From NCBI GenBank assembly GCA_963712115.1, contig CAVQGX010000030.1:160001-224000 (forward strand): a stretch of 64,000 bases of DNA, in the 5' to 3' direction. The notes under the pieces were generated by a model that made no database searches, had not been told where the DNA came from, and was given only the letters and a program-made list of their open reading frames with translations. Below are positions 20,228-29,846 of this stretch, in pieces (the first letter of the stretch is position 1; each line of letters opens with the position of its first letter). This DNA is from an uncultured delta proteobacterium. GTDB taxonomy: Bacteria > Desulfobacterota > Syntrophobacteria > BM002. A program made the translations under genes and the position numbers.

Positions 20228-22238
20228 GACCTTGGTAACAAACTCGTTGACTGCGATAAGAAAAGATATTGAAGGTAAGCCCCTTCCTGTGCTCTTGCAA
20301 CGCAATGCACTCCGCTACAACGACAGCCGGGTGGCCTTGCGTGAGAAAGAATATGGCATTTGGCAACCGGTAACCTGGCAAAGGTATTATGATCACGTTA
20401 GGTATTTTTCCCTAGGTCTCAAGGCTTTAGGCTTCAGAAAAGATGACAAGCTAGCGATTATCGGAGACAACCGACCTGAATGGGTTTATGCGGAGTTGGC
20501 AGCACAATCTCTTGGCGGCATTCCCCTTGGTATCTACCAGGATTCCATTCTGACGGAAGTAGCCTACATTATAAATCATTCTGAAGCTCGAATAGTTATT
20601 GCTGAAGACCAGGAGCAGGTGGACAAGATCCTTGAGATGAAGGATGAACTGCCCTTGCTCGAAAAGATCGTGTACACGGATCGTAAGGGTATGCGCCACT
20701 ATAACGAGGATGAGCTCCTTTACTTTCCAGATTTGGAGAAACTCGGTAAGGACTACGAGGGTGAACACCCGGGGCAATTTGAAGATGGTTTGGGGGCATT
20801 AAAAGACTCGGAAATCGCCCTCATTTCTTATACCTCGGGCACCACCGGATTTCCCAAAGGCTCCCTGTTGACTCACCGCAACATGTTGCAAATGGCCCTC
20901 AACCTGCACGCGGTGGACCCCAAACATGAGTCGGACGAATTTGTCTCATTCCTGCCATTGCCCTGGATCGGCGAGCAGATGATGGCGGTGTCAAGTGCCC
21001 TGGCCATTGGTTTCACGGTAAACTTTCCTGAGGAGCCTGAAACTGCTAACGTCGATCTTTACGAAATTGGTCCCCACGTTATGTTTTCACCTCCCCGTGT
21101 CTGGGAAGGAATCTCCAGATCAGTGATGGTCAAGCATCTGGATGCCAGCTGGCTCAAGCGCAGGCTCTACAAATTGGCCATGCCTGTGGGCTACCGGATG
21201 GCAGACTTCAAGTTTGCCAGAGCAAAAGCCCCCTTTGGTTGGCGGCTTATCTACGGTCTAATGCACCTGTTGGTATTCAGGGCGCTAAAGGATCGGTTGG
21301 GATTCGCCCAATTACGGAGTGCTTCCACCGGTGGCGCCGCTTTGGGGCCTGACGTGTTCCGTTTCTTTCATGCCTTAGGTGTCAACCTTAAACAAATCTA
21401 CGGTCAGACGGAGATTTCGGGAATCTCTTGTATCCATCGTGACGGGGATATTGATTTTGACACTGTGGGAAAGCCCATTCCAGAGACTGAAATCCAGATC
21501 CATAACCCTGATCCCTCAGGAGTTGGAGAAATTGTCTCTCGGAGCCCAGCTCTATTTCAGGGGTATTACAAAAATCCTGAGGAAACCAAGAAGACTTTGC
21601 GGGAAGGCTGGCTGCATTCAGGTGATGCCGGCTACATAAACGAGGATGGCCATCTGGTCTGCATTGATCGCATCTCTGATCTGATGAGCCTGGAAGACGG
21701 GACTCAGTTTTCTCCCATGTACATAGAAAACAAATTGAAGTTCTGTCCGTACATTGTTGAAGCAGTGGTGCTCGGTCATGAGAAGCCCCACGTTACAGCG
21801 ATTATTTGCATAGACTTTAAACACACGGGCAAATGGGCAGAGGATCGTCGCATAGGTTACACTACCTATACAGATTTGGCTGGCAAAACAGAAGTCTATG
21901 ACCTGATTGAGCGTGAGGTGGTGCGAGTCAATCGCAGCCTGCCGGAAGGAGCTAGAATCCAGAAGTTCCTTCTATTGTATAAAGAATTGGACCCGGACGA
22001 TGAAGAACTCACCCGGACCAAGAAGGTGCGTCGCAAGTTCATCAATGAGAAGTATATCAAGGAGATCGACGGTCTTTACAGCAATCAACAAAGCTTGGAC
22101 ATAGAGTCAATCATCCGCTACCAGGATGGCAAAACGGCCACCTTGAATACCACGCTGCAGGTGCGGACGGTGAAGCCTCCTGAAGAGTATGCAGCAACAG
22201 AGCGGGTTTCTCTGTGGAAGAGGGTTTTTGGTGGATAA
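20178..22238 (+). CDS. long-chain acyl-CoA synthetase (AMP-binding enzyme)
   Basis: YTSGTTGFPKG, YGQTE, WLHSGDAG, IENKLK and ELTRTKKVRR motifs; the true start is probably near 20232. Confidence 0.92.
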   Translation: MPIWAARMRHFPNWEFKTLVTNSLTAIRKDIEGKPLPVLLQRNALRYNDSRVALREKEYGIWQPVTWQRYYDHVRYFSLGLKALGFRKDDKLAIIGDNRPEWVYAELAAQSLGGIPLGIYQDSILTEVAYIINHSEARIVIAEDQEQVDKILEMKDELPLLEKIVYTDRKGMRHYNEDELLYFPDLEKLGKDYEGEHPGQFEDGLGALKDSEIALISYTSGTTGFPKGSLLTHRNMLQMALNLHAVDPKHESDEFVSFLPLPWIGEQMMAVSSALAIGFTVNFPEEPETANVDLYEIGPHVMFSPPRVWEGISRSVMVKHLDASWLKRRLYKLAMPVGYRMADFKFARAKAPFGWRLIYGLMHLLVFRALKDRLGFAQLRSASTGGAALGPDVFRFFHALGVNLKQIYGQTEISGISCIHRDGDIDFDTVGKPIPETEIQIHNPDPSGVGEIVSRSPALFQGYYKNPEETKKTLREGWLHSGDAGYINEDGHLVCIDRISDLMSLEDGTQFSPMYIENKLKFCPYIVEAVVLGHEKPHVTAIICIDFKHTGKWAEDRRIGYTTYTDLAGKTEVYDLIEREVVRVNRSLPEGARIQKFLLLYKELDPDDEELTRTKKVRRKFINEKYIKEIDGLYSNQQSLDIESIIRYQDGKTATLNTTLQVRTVKPPEEYAATERVSLWKRVFGG

Positions 22239-22418
22239 TGTTTAACGCATTATCCAGCGAGGCGAGAGGGCGGGCGAGACAGGAGGTCGGGTAAAAGCAA
22301 GGTTTGATTCCAAAGAATTCCACGTCTCGCTCGTCTCGCCATTTTTTGCCGATTTGCTTGGGTTCAGCGAAGAGCTATTGCCCGGCGCAATAAGGTCTTT
22401 ACAGTTTGAGGAGGCCAG

Positions 22419-23315
22419 ATGAGTCCAGGATTTCTCCATTTCGCCCAGTTAGTGGTTACTGGCTTGGTTATCGGCAGCGTGTATTCCCTCGTGGCCCTTG
22501 GTTTTGTTCTCATCTATAAAGCCACAAGTGTTATCAACTTCGCCCAGGGTGAATTTGTTTTGGTTGGTGCTTACATCTGTCTCGACCTCATATTGCGTTT
22601 TCAAATTCCCTTTGTTTGGGCTTTTTTCCTCACTATGGTTTTTTCGGTAATCTTGGGTCTGTTGGTGGAACGGCTGACTCTGAGACCGCTCATAGGGGAG
22701 CCCATCATCACTGTAATCATGGTAACTATTGGGCTGGCTACAGTGCTCAGGAGCACGGTAACCCTTTTCTGGGGAACTCAGATAAAAGTGTTTCCTTCAA
22801 TCTTTCCTCAGGAACCTCTGAACTTCCAGGGCATAGTTATTTCGGAGGTTTATCTCTGGACCCTGGGGTTCGCTCTTCTTTTTATGGCTATTTTCGCTGT
22901 ATTCTTCAAGTACTCCAGGGCTGGAATCGCCATGCGCGCCACCGCTGCTGACCAGCAGGTTTCACAATCAATGGGCATCAGCGTCAAGAAGATTTTCGCT
23001 ATCTCTTGGTGTATTGCCGCAGTTGTCTCCGGAGTGGGTGGCATTCTAATAGGCAACATAAATGGTATAAATGTCACCCTGGCAGATTTCGGCCTCAAGG
23101 TATTTCCCGCAGTTATCCTTGGAGGTCTCGACAGTATTGTGGGAGCAATCATTGGTGGCTTAACCATAGGCATTCTGGAAAACCTCATGGGAGGCTACCT
23201 TGACATGTATTTTGGCGGTGGGGTGAAGGAGGTGGCTCCCTTCGTGGTTTTGGTGGTGATCCTTATGATCAAGCCTTACGGCCTATTTGGCACGGTGGAA
23301 ATAGAGAGAGTCTGA
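22419..23315 (+). CDS. branched-chain amino acid-type ABC permease (LivH-like)
   Basis: YSLVALGFVLIY...INFAQGE, GIAMRA, ILGGLDS and KPYGLFG motifs. Confidence 0.93.
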   Translation: MSPGFLHFAQLVVTGLVIGSVYSLVALGFVLIYKATSVINFAQGEFVLVGAYICLDLILRFQIPFVWAFFLTMVFSVILGLLVERLTLRPLIGEPIITVIMVTIGLATVLRSTVTLFWGTQIKVFPSIFPQEPLNFQGIVISEVYLWTLGFALLFMAIFAVFFKYSRAGIAMRATAADQQVSQSMGISVKKIFAISWCIAAVVSGVGGILIGNINGINVTLADFGLKVFPAVILGGLDSIVGAIIGGLTIGILENLMGGYLDMYFGGGVKEVAPFVVLVVILMIKPYGLFGTVEIERV

Positions 23316-23368
23316 CAAACGGGGAAGTCGGAACGCGGAAGGCGGAACTATTTACCATGGGAAAATGA

Positions 23369-23472
23369 ACCACAGAGCACACGGAGGCCACAGAGAATTA
23401 GTTTGAGCATCTGAACTGGTTAAAATACTAAATGTACTAACTTCCTCTGTGTTCTCTGTGCTCTCTGTGTTT
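23369..23472. repeat. 9-mer (CACAGAG-core) inverted array hairpin
   Basis: ACCACAGAGCACACGGAGGCCACAGAGAA pairs with TTCCTCTGTGTTCTCTGTGCTCTCTGTG around an AT-rich spacer. Confidence 0.7.
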
Positions 23473-23531
23473 TTAACTTTCTTTCGAACAAAGATTTTGC
23501 TCACGAGATAAGGGAAAGATGGTCAGCGCCA

Positions 23532-24599
23532 ATGCCTACTGGTCTGTTTTATACTAAATACCAAGATGACGAGAAGATCTTCCATACTCTCTGGGTAAGA
23601 ATCTGGATGGGGGCTCTTCTCATTTTCCTTTTCGTGGGTTTCCCCTTTGTTGCTTCTCCTTTGAGCGGTTTTTTCGGCTTTAGTGTGCAACATATGGCCA
23701 ACATGATCGGTATTTTTATTATTGGCGCCCACGGCCTTAATCTTCTCACCGGCTTCACCGGTCAGATCTCCCTCGGTCATGGGGCCTTTATGGGAGTTGG
23801 TGCTTTCACCTCGGCGATTCTTTTTATGAAAGCTGGATGGCCCTTCTGGCTCTCCCTGCCGGCTGCAGGGTTGGTAACCGCCGGAGTGGGTATGATCTTT
23901 GGAGTTCCGTCTTTGCGCCTCCGGGGGCTCTATCTGGCCATCGCCACCATGGCTGCTCAGTTTATCATTGGGTACGCCATGCGTAACTGGACATCCCTTA
24001 CCGGAGGGAGCGGTGGTCTGAACGTAGACCGCCCCAGCATTTTTGGTTTTGCCCTAGATACTGATCTGCGTTACTACTACTTAATCCTTGTATTGGCCAT
24101 TTTTTCCACCTTATTTTTGAAAAACTTACTTCGCACCAAGACCGGTCGGGCCATGGTGGCCATTCGCGACCGCTATCTTTCAGCTGAAATAATGGGGGTT
24201 AACCTGTTCAAATACCGGCTTCTTGCCTTCGGAATCAGTTCCTTCTACGTAGGGGTTGCTGGGGGGCTTTTTGCCCACTACAATCTGGTTGTCAGTGACG
24301 AGCACTTTACCATGTGGCTTTCCATCCATTATTTGGCCATGGTAATCATCGGTGGTTTGGGCCATGTTTTGGGGGGTATCTTCGGGACCATCTTTATGGT
24401 ATTACTCCCTGAATTGCTGCGTATTCCAACTGAGATACTAAGCAACATCTATCCCAACATTTTTGCTATCTTCGGGACCTTGAGAGAACTGGTGTTTGGC
24501 CTGGTTATTATTCTATTTTTGATTTTTGAACCGGATGGTCTGGCTGCGCGCTGGCACACTGTACGCGCCTATTGGAAGTTGTGGCCCTTTTCTTACTAG
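23532..24599 (+). CDS. branched-chain amino acid-type ABC permease (LivM-like)
   Basis: GLNLLTGFTGQISLGHGAF, LRLRGLYLAIAT, GRAMVAIRD and IIGGLG motifs. Confidence 0.93.
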   Translation: MPTGLFYTKYQDDEKIFHTLWVRIWMGALLIFLFVGFPFVASPLSGFFGFSVQHMANMIGIFIIGAHGLNLLTGFTGQISLGHGAFMGVGAFTSAILFMKAGWPFWLSLPAAGLVTAGVGMIFGVPSLRLRGLYLAIATMAAQFIIGYAMRNWTSLTGGSGGLNVDRPSIFGFALDTDLRYYYLILVLAIFSTLFLKNLLRTKTGRAMVAIRDRYLSAEIMGVNLFKYRLLAFGISSFYVGVAGGLFAHYNLVVSDEHFTMWLSIHYLAMVIIGGLGHVLGGIFGTIFMVLLPELLRIPTEILSNIYPNIFAIFGTLRELVFGLVIILFLIFEPDGLAARWHTVRAYWKLWPFSY

Positions 24600-24747
24600 T
24601 GTGCGAAAATATACAGTCCGCCGATGTTAGGAGAGGAGGTGAGAAAGGACTGGAATAAGACCTACAGGGTAAAAAAATGCCAACAAGGATGGAGCCAAAG
24701 TGGCTGCCACCCTACTGATAACTGAAAAATAGAGGGGGAGGGAGATA

Positions 24748-25968
24748 ATGAAAAGGATGAAGATTTTCCAATGGGCCTGCGTGGTATTGCTTGTGACTGG
24801 ACTGGTGTTCTGGGGCTGTGGCAAGAAAGAGGCTGAACCCCTCAAGATCGGTGGCATCTTCGACATCACTGGCGCCACCTCGGGAGTGGGTAAGGACTAC
24901 GCTCAGGGCGCTAAAGATGCCGAACGTTACATTAACGAAAATGGCGGGATCAATGGCCGCAAGATTCAGTTAATTGCCAATGACTATGCCTACAAGATTC
25001 CGGAAGCCGTAAGCCTTTACAAGCAATACAAGGACGTGGACAAGGTTTTTGTCATCCAGGGATGGGGTACGGGAGACACCAATGCGCTGAAACAGCAGGT
25101 TAATAATGACAAGATTGTTTATATTTCAGCGTCTTACGACTCAAACCTCAACGATCCGTCCAAGACTCCCTACAATTTTTATGTCGGAACCAGCTATTCG
25201 GACGCCATCCGCCTTGCAATGAAGTTTGTCAAAGACTCCTTTAATGAGATGTTTCCGGATGCGAAGAATCGGGCTCCCCGGGTAGTTTTTATCTACCCTG
25301 ATCACCCCTATGGCAAGGCTCCCATACCTGCTGGTAAGGCAATGGCTCAGGAGCTGGGTATCGAAGTGGGGCCAGATGAAATTGTCGGATTGAGGGCGAT
25401 CGACGCCACCAGCCAGTTGTTGCACATGAAGGAGTTTGATCCTGACTGGGCCTGGGTTGGTGGCACAACTCCTTCCACTTCTGTAGTGGTGAAGGACGCT
25501 GCCAAACTTAATCTCCGGACCAAGATCATCTCTAATGTCTGGGGATTTGATGAAAATATTATCAAGCTTGCAGGTGACGCTGGCAACGAGCGCATTTACG
25601 GCATGGCACCCTTCGCTTTTTGGGGGGAAGATGTTCCCGGGATGAAAGCTGCCATGGAGTCAGCAAAAAAGAGCTCTCCGGATGCCAGCTATACTGTGCG
25701 CTACATTCAAGGATGGACGGCAATGATGGTCATGTGGGAAGGTCTCAAGCTCGCCGATAAGGCTGGCCAGCTGAACGGACCAGGACTTAGGGCGGCTCTT
25801 GAGACTCTTGAGAATTTTGATACCGGTGGACTAACTGCAACTGTTTCCTTTACGCCGACTGACCATCGTCCCAATACTGCCCTGCGGATCTTTAAAATGA
25901 GCGACAACAAGTTGGTCCCGGTGAAGGCTGTCTCCATTGAAAGGGAAGACCGTTTCCTGGGCTGGTAG
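24748..25968 (+). CDS. ABC transporter substrate-binding lipoprotein (LivK-like, PBP type 1)
   Basis: Signal peptide with lipobox-like FWGC, then KIGGIFDITG and INENGGINGRKI. Confidence 0.9.
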   Translation: MKRMKIFQWACVVLLVTGLVFWGCGKKEAEPLKIGGIFDITGATSGVGKDYAQGAKDAERYINENGGINGRKIQLIANDYAYKIPEAVSLYKQYKDVDKVFVIQGWGTGDTNALKQQVNNDKIVYISASYDSNLNDPSKTPYNFYVGTSYSDAIRLAMKFVKDSFNEMFPDAKNRAPRVVFIYPDHPYGKAPIPAGKAMAQELGIEVGPDEIVGLRAIDATSQLLHMKEFDPDWAWVGGTTPSTSVVVKDAAKLNLRTKIISNVWGFDENIIKLAGDAGNERIYGMAPFAFWGEDVPGMKAAMESAKKSSPDASYTVRYIQGWTAMMVMWEGLKLADKAGQLNGPGLRAALETLENFDTGGLTATVSFTPTDHRPNTALRIFKMSDNKLVPVKAVSIEREDRFLGW

Positions 25969-25992
25969 TCAAGAAGCGCATAGCGCTTCCAT

Positions 25993-26799
25993 GTGCGAGA
26001 CGAGCGAGAGTCGGTGATAATGGGAATTACCCTCAGATCTTTTAGTTCCCATCTCGCCCGACCTCCCGTCTCGCCCGACCTCCGGTTTCGTCCGACTTCC
26101 GGCCTCGCTTTTCATGCGGTTTGTTCTCCCATAGGGAATATCTTTTGCCTGGTTTATTTGCTCACAGCCGTTAGTTGCGCCTACCTCCGGCCGCACCTGA
26201 CGCCAGCAGAACTGAGCGAACGGCTTCAGTATTGTCAAGACAGATTTCTGGAAGAGTTGGTTAACATCACTTTATCCAAGGGCTATGAGGCAGTCAACGG
26301 CGAGGGTCGAGCCAGGCAAGTCCTGGAACTGAATAATTCGCGTTCCGTTACTATTCACCGGCAGTTTTTCGAAGTGCAACCTTATGGGGATGGACTATCG
26401 GAAGTATTTTTCTTGGAGAACAGAGGCTCTGTAAACCACTCGAAGTTAAGCAGTTTCCCACGCCATGCCCGGAGAGCCATCAGAGATTTTCTGAATGGAT
26501 TACCCAAAGACAGGAGGAGTCAGTACAAACCACTGTTGATCCGGCAGGAGAAGCTCTCGCGCCGGATGATCTTTTATGAGACGGATAGGGGAAAAAAGAC
26601 TTTCGAATTCACTCGTAAGGTGGGTTGTTTAGAGATAAGCAATTTATACGGACTTTACCCTCTACCAGATGGGCCATTCATTTTTTTCGGGCAGGAAAGA
26701 GAAAGACTCTCCAGGAAAGATTTTCTGCAAGCAGACGATCATTACCAAGATCTGGTAAACAATTTCCTCAGAGAGTTTCGCGGGGAAATCAAGCTATGA
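25993..26799 (+). CDS. hypothetical protein, possibly a lipoprotein; start uncertain
   Basis: 268-codon ORF filling the spacer; the first ~40 codons overlap a repeat region; hydrophobic IFCLVYLLTAVSC segment. Confidence 0.55.
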   Translation: MRDERESVIMGITLRSFSSHLARPPVSPDLRFRPTSGLAFHAVCSPIGNIFCLVYLLTAVSCAYLRPHLTPAELSERLQYCQDRFLEELVNITLSKGYEAVNGEGRARQVLELNNSRSVTIHRQFFEVQPYGDGLSEVFFLENRGSVNHSKLSSFPRHARRAIRDFLNGLPKDRRSQYKPLLIRQEKLSRRMIFYETDRGKKTFEFTRKVGCLEISNLYGLYPLPDGPFIFFGQERERLSRKDFLQADDHYQDLVNNFLREFRGEIKL

Positions 26800-26982
26800 C
26801 ATGGCTTTTCCTATCCGCCTTTTGGGGAGTAATGGAGCATAGACGATTGATGATTTTAGATTGTAGATTGCAGATTGAAGATTTTTGTCGAAGATTGAAA
26901 TAATAAAAGATTTTGATGCGAAATCTTAAATCTGAAATCAGTAGAGGTGGATTGAGGCTGACTTCGGATAAAGGATTCGTGG

Positions 26983-27783
26983 ATGGCTTTGCTCAACGTA
27001 AACAACATCGAAGTAATATACAACGACGTTATTCTGGTACTGAAAGGGTTGTCCTTGAGCGTCAACCAGGGACAGATTGTTTCACTTCTAGGTGCAAATG
27101 GAGCAGGTAAGACTTCCACTCTCAAGGCTATTTCCGGATTGCTAAAGACCGAGGAAGGGGAAGTCACCGATGGGGTTATAGAGTTTGAAGGCGAACCCAT
27201 TCATCGTCTTGAACCAGAGGAGATTGTTCGGCGGGGTATTTTTCAGGTTATGGAAGGCAGGAGAGTATTTGAGGATCTAACCGTAGAAGAAAACCTGATA
27301 GCAGCGGCCCATCTACAAAAGGGACGAAAAAAGATTAAAGGGTTACAGGAATTGGTTTATTCCTATTTCCCGAGGATCAAAGAACGGCAAAACGCTCTTG
27401 CCGGCTATTTGAGCGGCGGGGAACAACAGATGCTGGTTATTGGCAGGGCACTCATGGCCCAACCAAAACTTATGCTGCTGGATGAACCGTCCTTAGGACT
27501 CAGCCCCCTGTTGGTGGGTGAAATCTTCCACATAATCAAGAAGATCAACGAAGAACAGAAGACCACAATTTTGTTGGTTGAGCAAAACGCTCGACTGGCT
27601 CTGACCATATCTGACTACGGCTATATCATGGAGAACGGACGGATCGTCCTGGATGATACTGTGGAAAAGCTGCGGGACAATGAGGACGTGAAGCGATTTT
27701 ATTTGGGCTTGACTGAAGTGGGTACTAAACGCTCTTACCGGGATGTTAAATATTACAAACGCCGTAAGAGGTGGCTGACCTAG
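26983..27783 (+). CDS. ABC transporter ATP-binding protein (LivF-like)
   Basis: GANGAGKT, EGRRVF, LSGGEQQM, LLDEPSLGLSP and LVEQNA motifs. Confidence 0.94.
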   Translation: MALLNVNNIEVIYNDVILVLKGLSLSVNQGQIVSLLGANGAGKTSTLKAISGLLKTEEGEVTDGVIEFEGEPIHRLEPEEIVRRGIFQVMEGRRVFEDLTVEENLIAAAHLQKGRKKIKGLQELVYSYFPRIKERQNALAGYLSGGEQQMLVIGRALMAQPKLMLLDEPSLGLSPLLVGEIFHIIKKINEEQKTTILLVEQNARLALTISDYGYIMENGRIVLDDTVEKLRDNEDVKRFYLGLTEVGTKRSYRDVKYYKRRKRWLT

Positions 27784-27784
27784 G

Positions 27785-28030
27785 CAGCGGGCAGAAATAA
27801 GAGGTCAGAGATCAGAGGTCGGAGGTCAGACGAAAGAAGACAGCTTGCAGTGTGGTTATCCGTTATTACTTCTTCGGGTGATTTGTTCCTATGAGCTGTT
27901 TTAAAGGTTTCTACGATTTCTACGACTTTTACGGTTTCAACGATTTGAACGACTTGAACGATTTCAACGGTTTTAACGATTTGACCATTTGACGAATTGA
28001 CCAATTGACTACTAGGCTATGGGCATAGCG
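27785..28030. repeat. mosaic of 7-, 9- and 8-mer tandem repeat modules
   Basis: (TCAGAGG)n, about nine copies of (AACGATTTG/TACGATTTC), then (TTGACCAA)n. Confidence 0.75.
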
Positions 28031-28044
28031 AAAGGCTGGTAGCT

Positions 28045-28434
28045 ATGACACTTCACTCCTATGTGGGCAGCAACACGATTATAAAGGGCAATCTTGAGTG
28101 CAGTGAAGATTTTCTCGTGGAGGGCGCCGTTGAAGGCAACCTGAGTTCCGAGGGCCTAATAGTCTTGGGGAAGGACGCGGTGGTTAAAGGTGAGGTATCG
28201 GCAAAGGAAGTTGCCATTTCAGGAATTGTCGCGGGTACAGTAAGATGCTCGGAAAGACTTGAAATCTACGAGTCTGCCAAAATCATAGGCACAATTCAGG
28301 CGCCTGTCCTCAAGATGGCCGCAGGCGCACAGATTGACGCCAGAATAATAATGTCTCGGAAAGTTGACGACGTTGAGCTTATTTCTCAATCCCCCGAAGA
28401 TTCATATCCCTCACTGGTCAAGTCCGGCAACTAG
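28045..28434 (+). CDS. bactofilin (polymer-forming cytoskeletal protein)
   Basis: Beta-helix pattern IKGNL...VEGAVEGNL...VKGEV...ISGIVAGTV...IIGTI. Confidence 0.88.
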   Translation: MTLHSYVGSNTIIKGNLECSEDFLVEGAVEGNLSSEGLIVLGKDAVVKGEVSAKEVAISGIVAGTVRCSERLEIYESAKIIGTIQAPVLKMAAGAQIDARIIMSRKVDDVELISQSPEDSYPSLVKSGN

Positions 28435-28552
28435 AGTTGTCAGTGGTCAGCAGTCAGTGGCAAGGCATGGGGCATAGGGCTAAAAGGAAAACTCTATGCG
28501 CCAAGCTCCATGCTCCAGGCGGTGAACGCAGTGAACCAACAACGGACGATAA

Positions 28553-29023
28553 TCATTCCGGCATTGGTTCCAAAGTCAATTCGTGACTGATATCGATACA
28601 GCCAATCACGCTCTGTGCCCCAGGACACAGGGGCAGGTAAGTATTCAGGGCTTCCCTGGCATCTTCCCATTTTTCCTCTGGGGCTTTGAGCGTATAGTGG
28701 ACTTTGATCCGTGTAATTTTCAGAACTTTGTCAACCTCTTCAATATCACCTGTTACCTCAGCCTCATATAGATGTTCGAAGGTTCGAATTTTTTTGCCGG
28801 CCAGTACCACGGCCAGTGTGCCCATCATTCAGCCGCCCACCGCGCCGACGATGTGATCCAAAGTGGCGGCGTGCTCTTGTTCAGGTTCTACCTTGTAAAA
28901 ATCCTTTATTCCACCGTGGATGCCATAATAAACCGGTTCACCAAAGCCTTTGATGAGGGCCTTCCTGGTTGGTCCCTTCTCTCTCGTAATGGTGATCTGT
29001 GAACTGTGCACAACCTTACCCAT
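28553..29023 (-). CDS. OsmC-like protein, probable selenoprotein (in-frame TGA at 28831-28829)
   Basis: The 64-aa and 91-aa ORFs are contiguous and in frame across one TGA (AVGG-U-MMGTL), at the position of the first OsmC catalytic Cys. The second Cys lies in LCPG, and a SECIS-like hairpin follows the TGA. Confidence 0.82.
28797..28816 (-). promoter_or_regulatory. candidate bacterial SECIS hairpin
   Basis: Minus strand CTGGCC-GTGGTACT-GGCCGG starts 12 nt after the UGA; the apical loop begins with G about 18-20 nt from the UGA. Confidence 0.6.
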
Positions 29024-29043
29024 GATTTCCTCCTAATTTAATC

Positions 29044-29475
29044 CTAGCTTCGCAGCAGGTCATCAACTGGCGTAGCTTTTTCGAGTATATCTCCAAGGCT
29101 CAGGGAGAAAAGCTGTTGCTTGAGCATATCCGTCATTCCGACCCAGATCTCCCTCGTTGGACACTCGGTAGCACGATAACAGAGCTCGGGTTCCAAGACA
29201 CAATCTACGACCGATAGTTTTCCTTCGAGTGTCTCAACTATCTCGCCCACACTTATCGCTTCAGGCTTTCTCGCCAGCATGTAGCCACCGCGTCTCCCCC
29301 TAACACTTCGAATAAGACCGGCCCCTCTTAGCAAGATGATTAGCTGCTCAAGATACTTGGCGGAAAGATCCTGTCGCTTGGCGATCTCAGCAAGTGGTAC
29401 AGGCCCATCAGCATAGTGCTGAGCCAGATCAACCATCAGTCGAGTACCGTATCTACCGCGCGTCGAGAGTCTCAT
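29044..29475 (-). CDS. Rrf2-family transcriptional regulator with three Cys (Fe-S ligand pattern)
   Basis: MRLSTRGRYG, YLEQL, SVRGRRGGYML and CVLEPELCYRATEC; RBS GGGGAGG. Confidence 0.93.
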   Translation of the reverse strand: MRLSTRGRYGTRLMVDLAQHYADGPVPLAEIAKRQDLSAKYLEQLIILLRGAGLIRSVRGRRGGYMLARKPEAISVGEIVETLEGKLSVVDCVLEPELCYRATECPTREIWVGMTDMLKQQLFSLSLGDILEKATPVDDLLRS

Positions 29476-29650
29476 AAAGCCTCCCCAATACATACAATAT
29501 ATATAGATTAGCTAGAGATTAACAGGCTACACACCGACTGTCAAAACAAATCTTTGAAAATGCTACAGCGAGCGCATTCCCCGTCTCGCCCGGGCGGGAC
29601 TGCGGGGGTAGCAGGCGAACTACAATAAAATGGAATCTCTTCTTTACATT

Positions 29651-29846
29651 TAGCCCGGATAATTTCATGAATCACCTGCTGCGACCACAGATATGGCCGT
29701 CCTTCCTGGCGTCCTCGGGTGTCGATCCCTGCGACGGACCCTTCAGGTACGCCTCGGATCCAATCCCGCGGTACCGCGGGACGGTTGCCAGCTGGCACGC
29801 CCATCTTCGCGGTCTCGCAACAGTAATTCATGAAATATCAGGGCTA
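29651..29846 (+). mobile_element. MITE family A, copy 3 (196 bp)
   Basis: Same termini and internal palindrome as the other copies; the right end CTA is the TAG stop codon of the diadenylate cyclase gene. Confidence 0.88.

Noticed and set aside
27900-28012. Periodic repeats resembling a CRISPR array
   Set aside because: Units are degenerate 8-9-mers without unique spacers, and no cas genes are present.
28553-29023. Nonsense pseudogene or two separate small genes
   Set aside because: The single TGA falls at the expected catalytic Cys position and is followed by a SECIS-like hairpin, so recoding is the better explanation.
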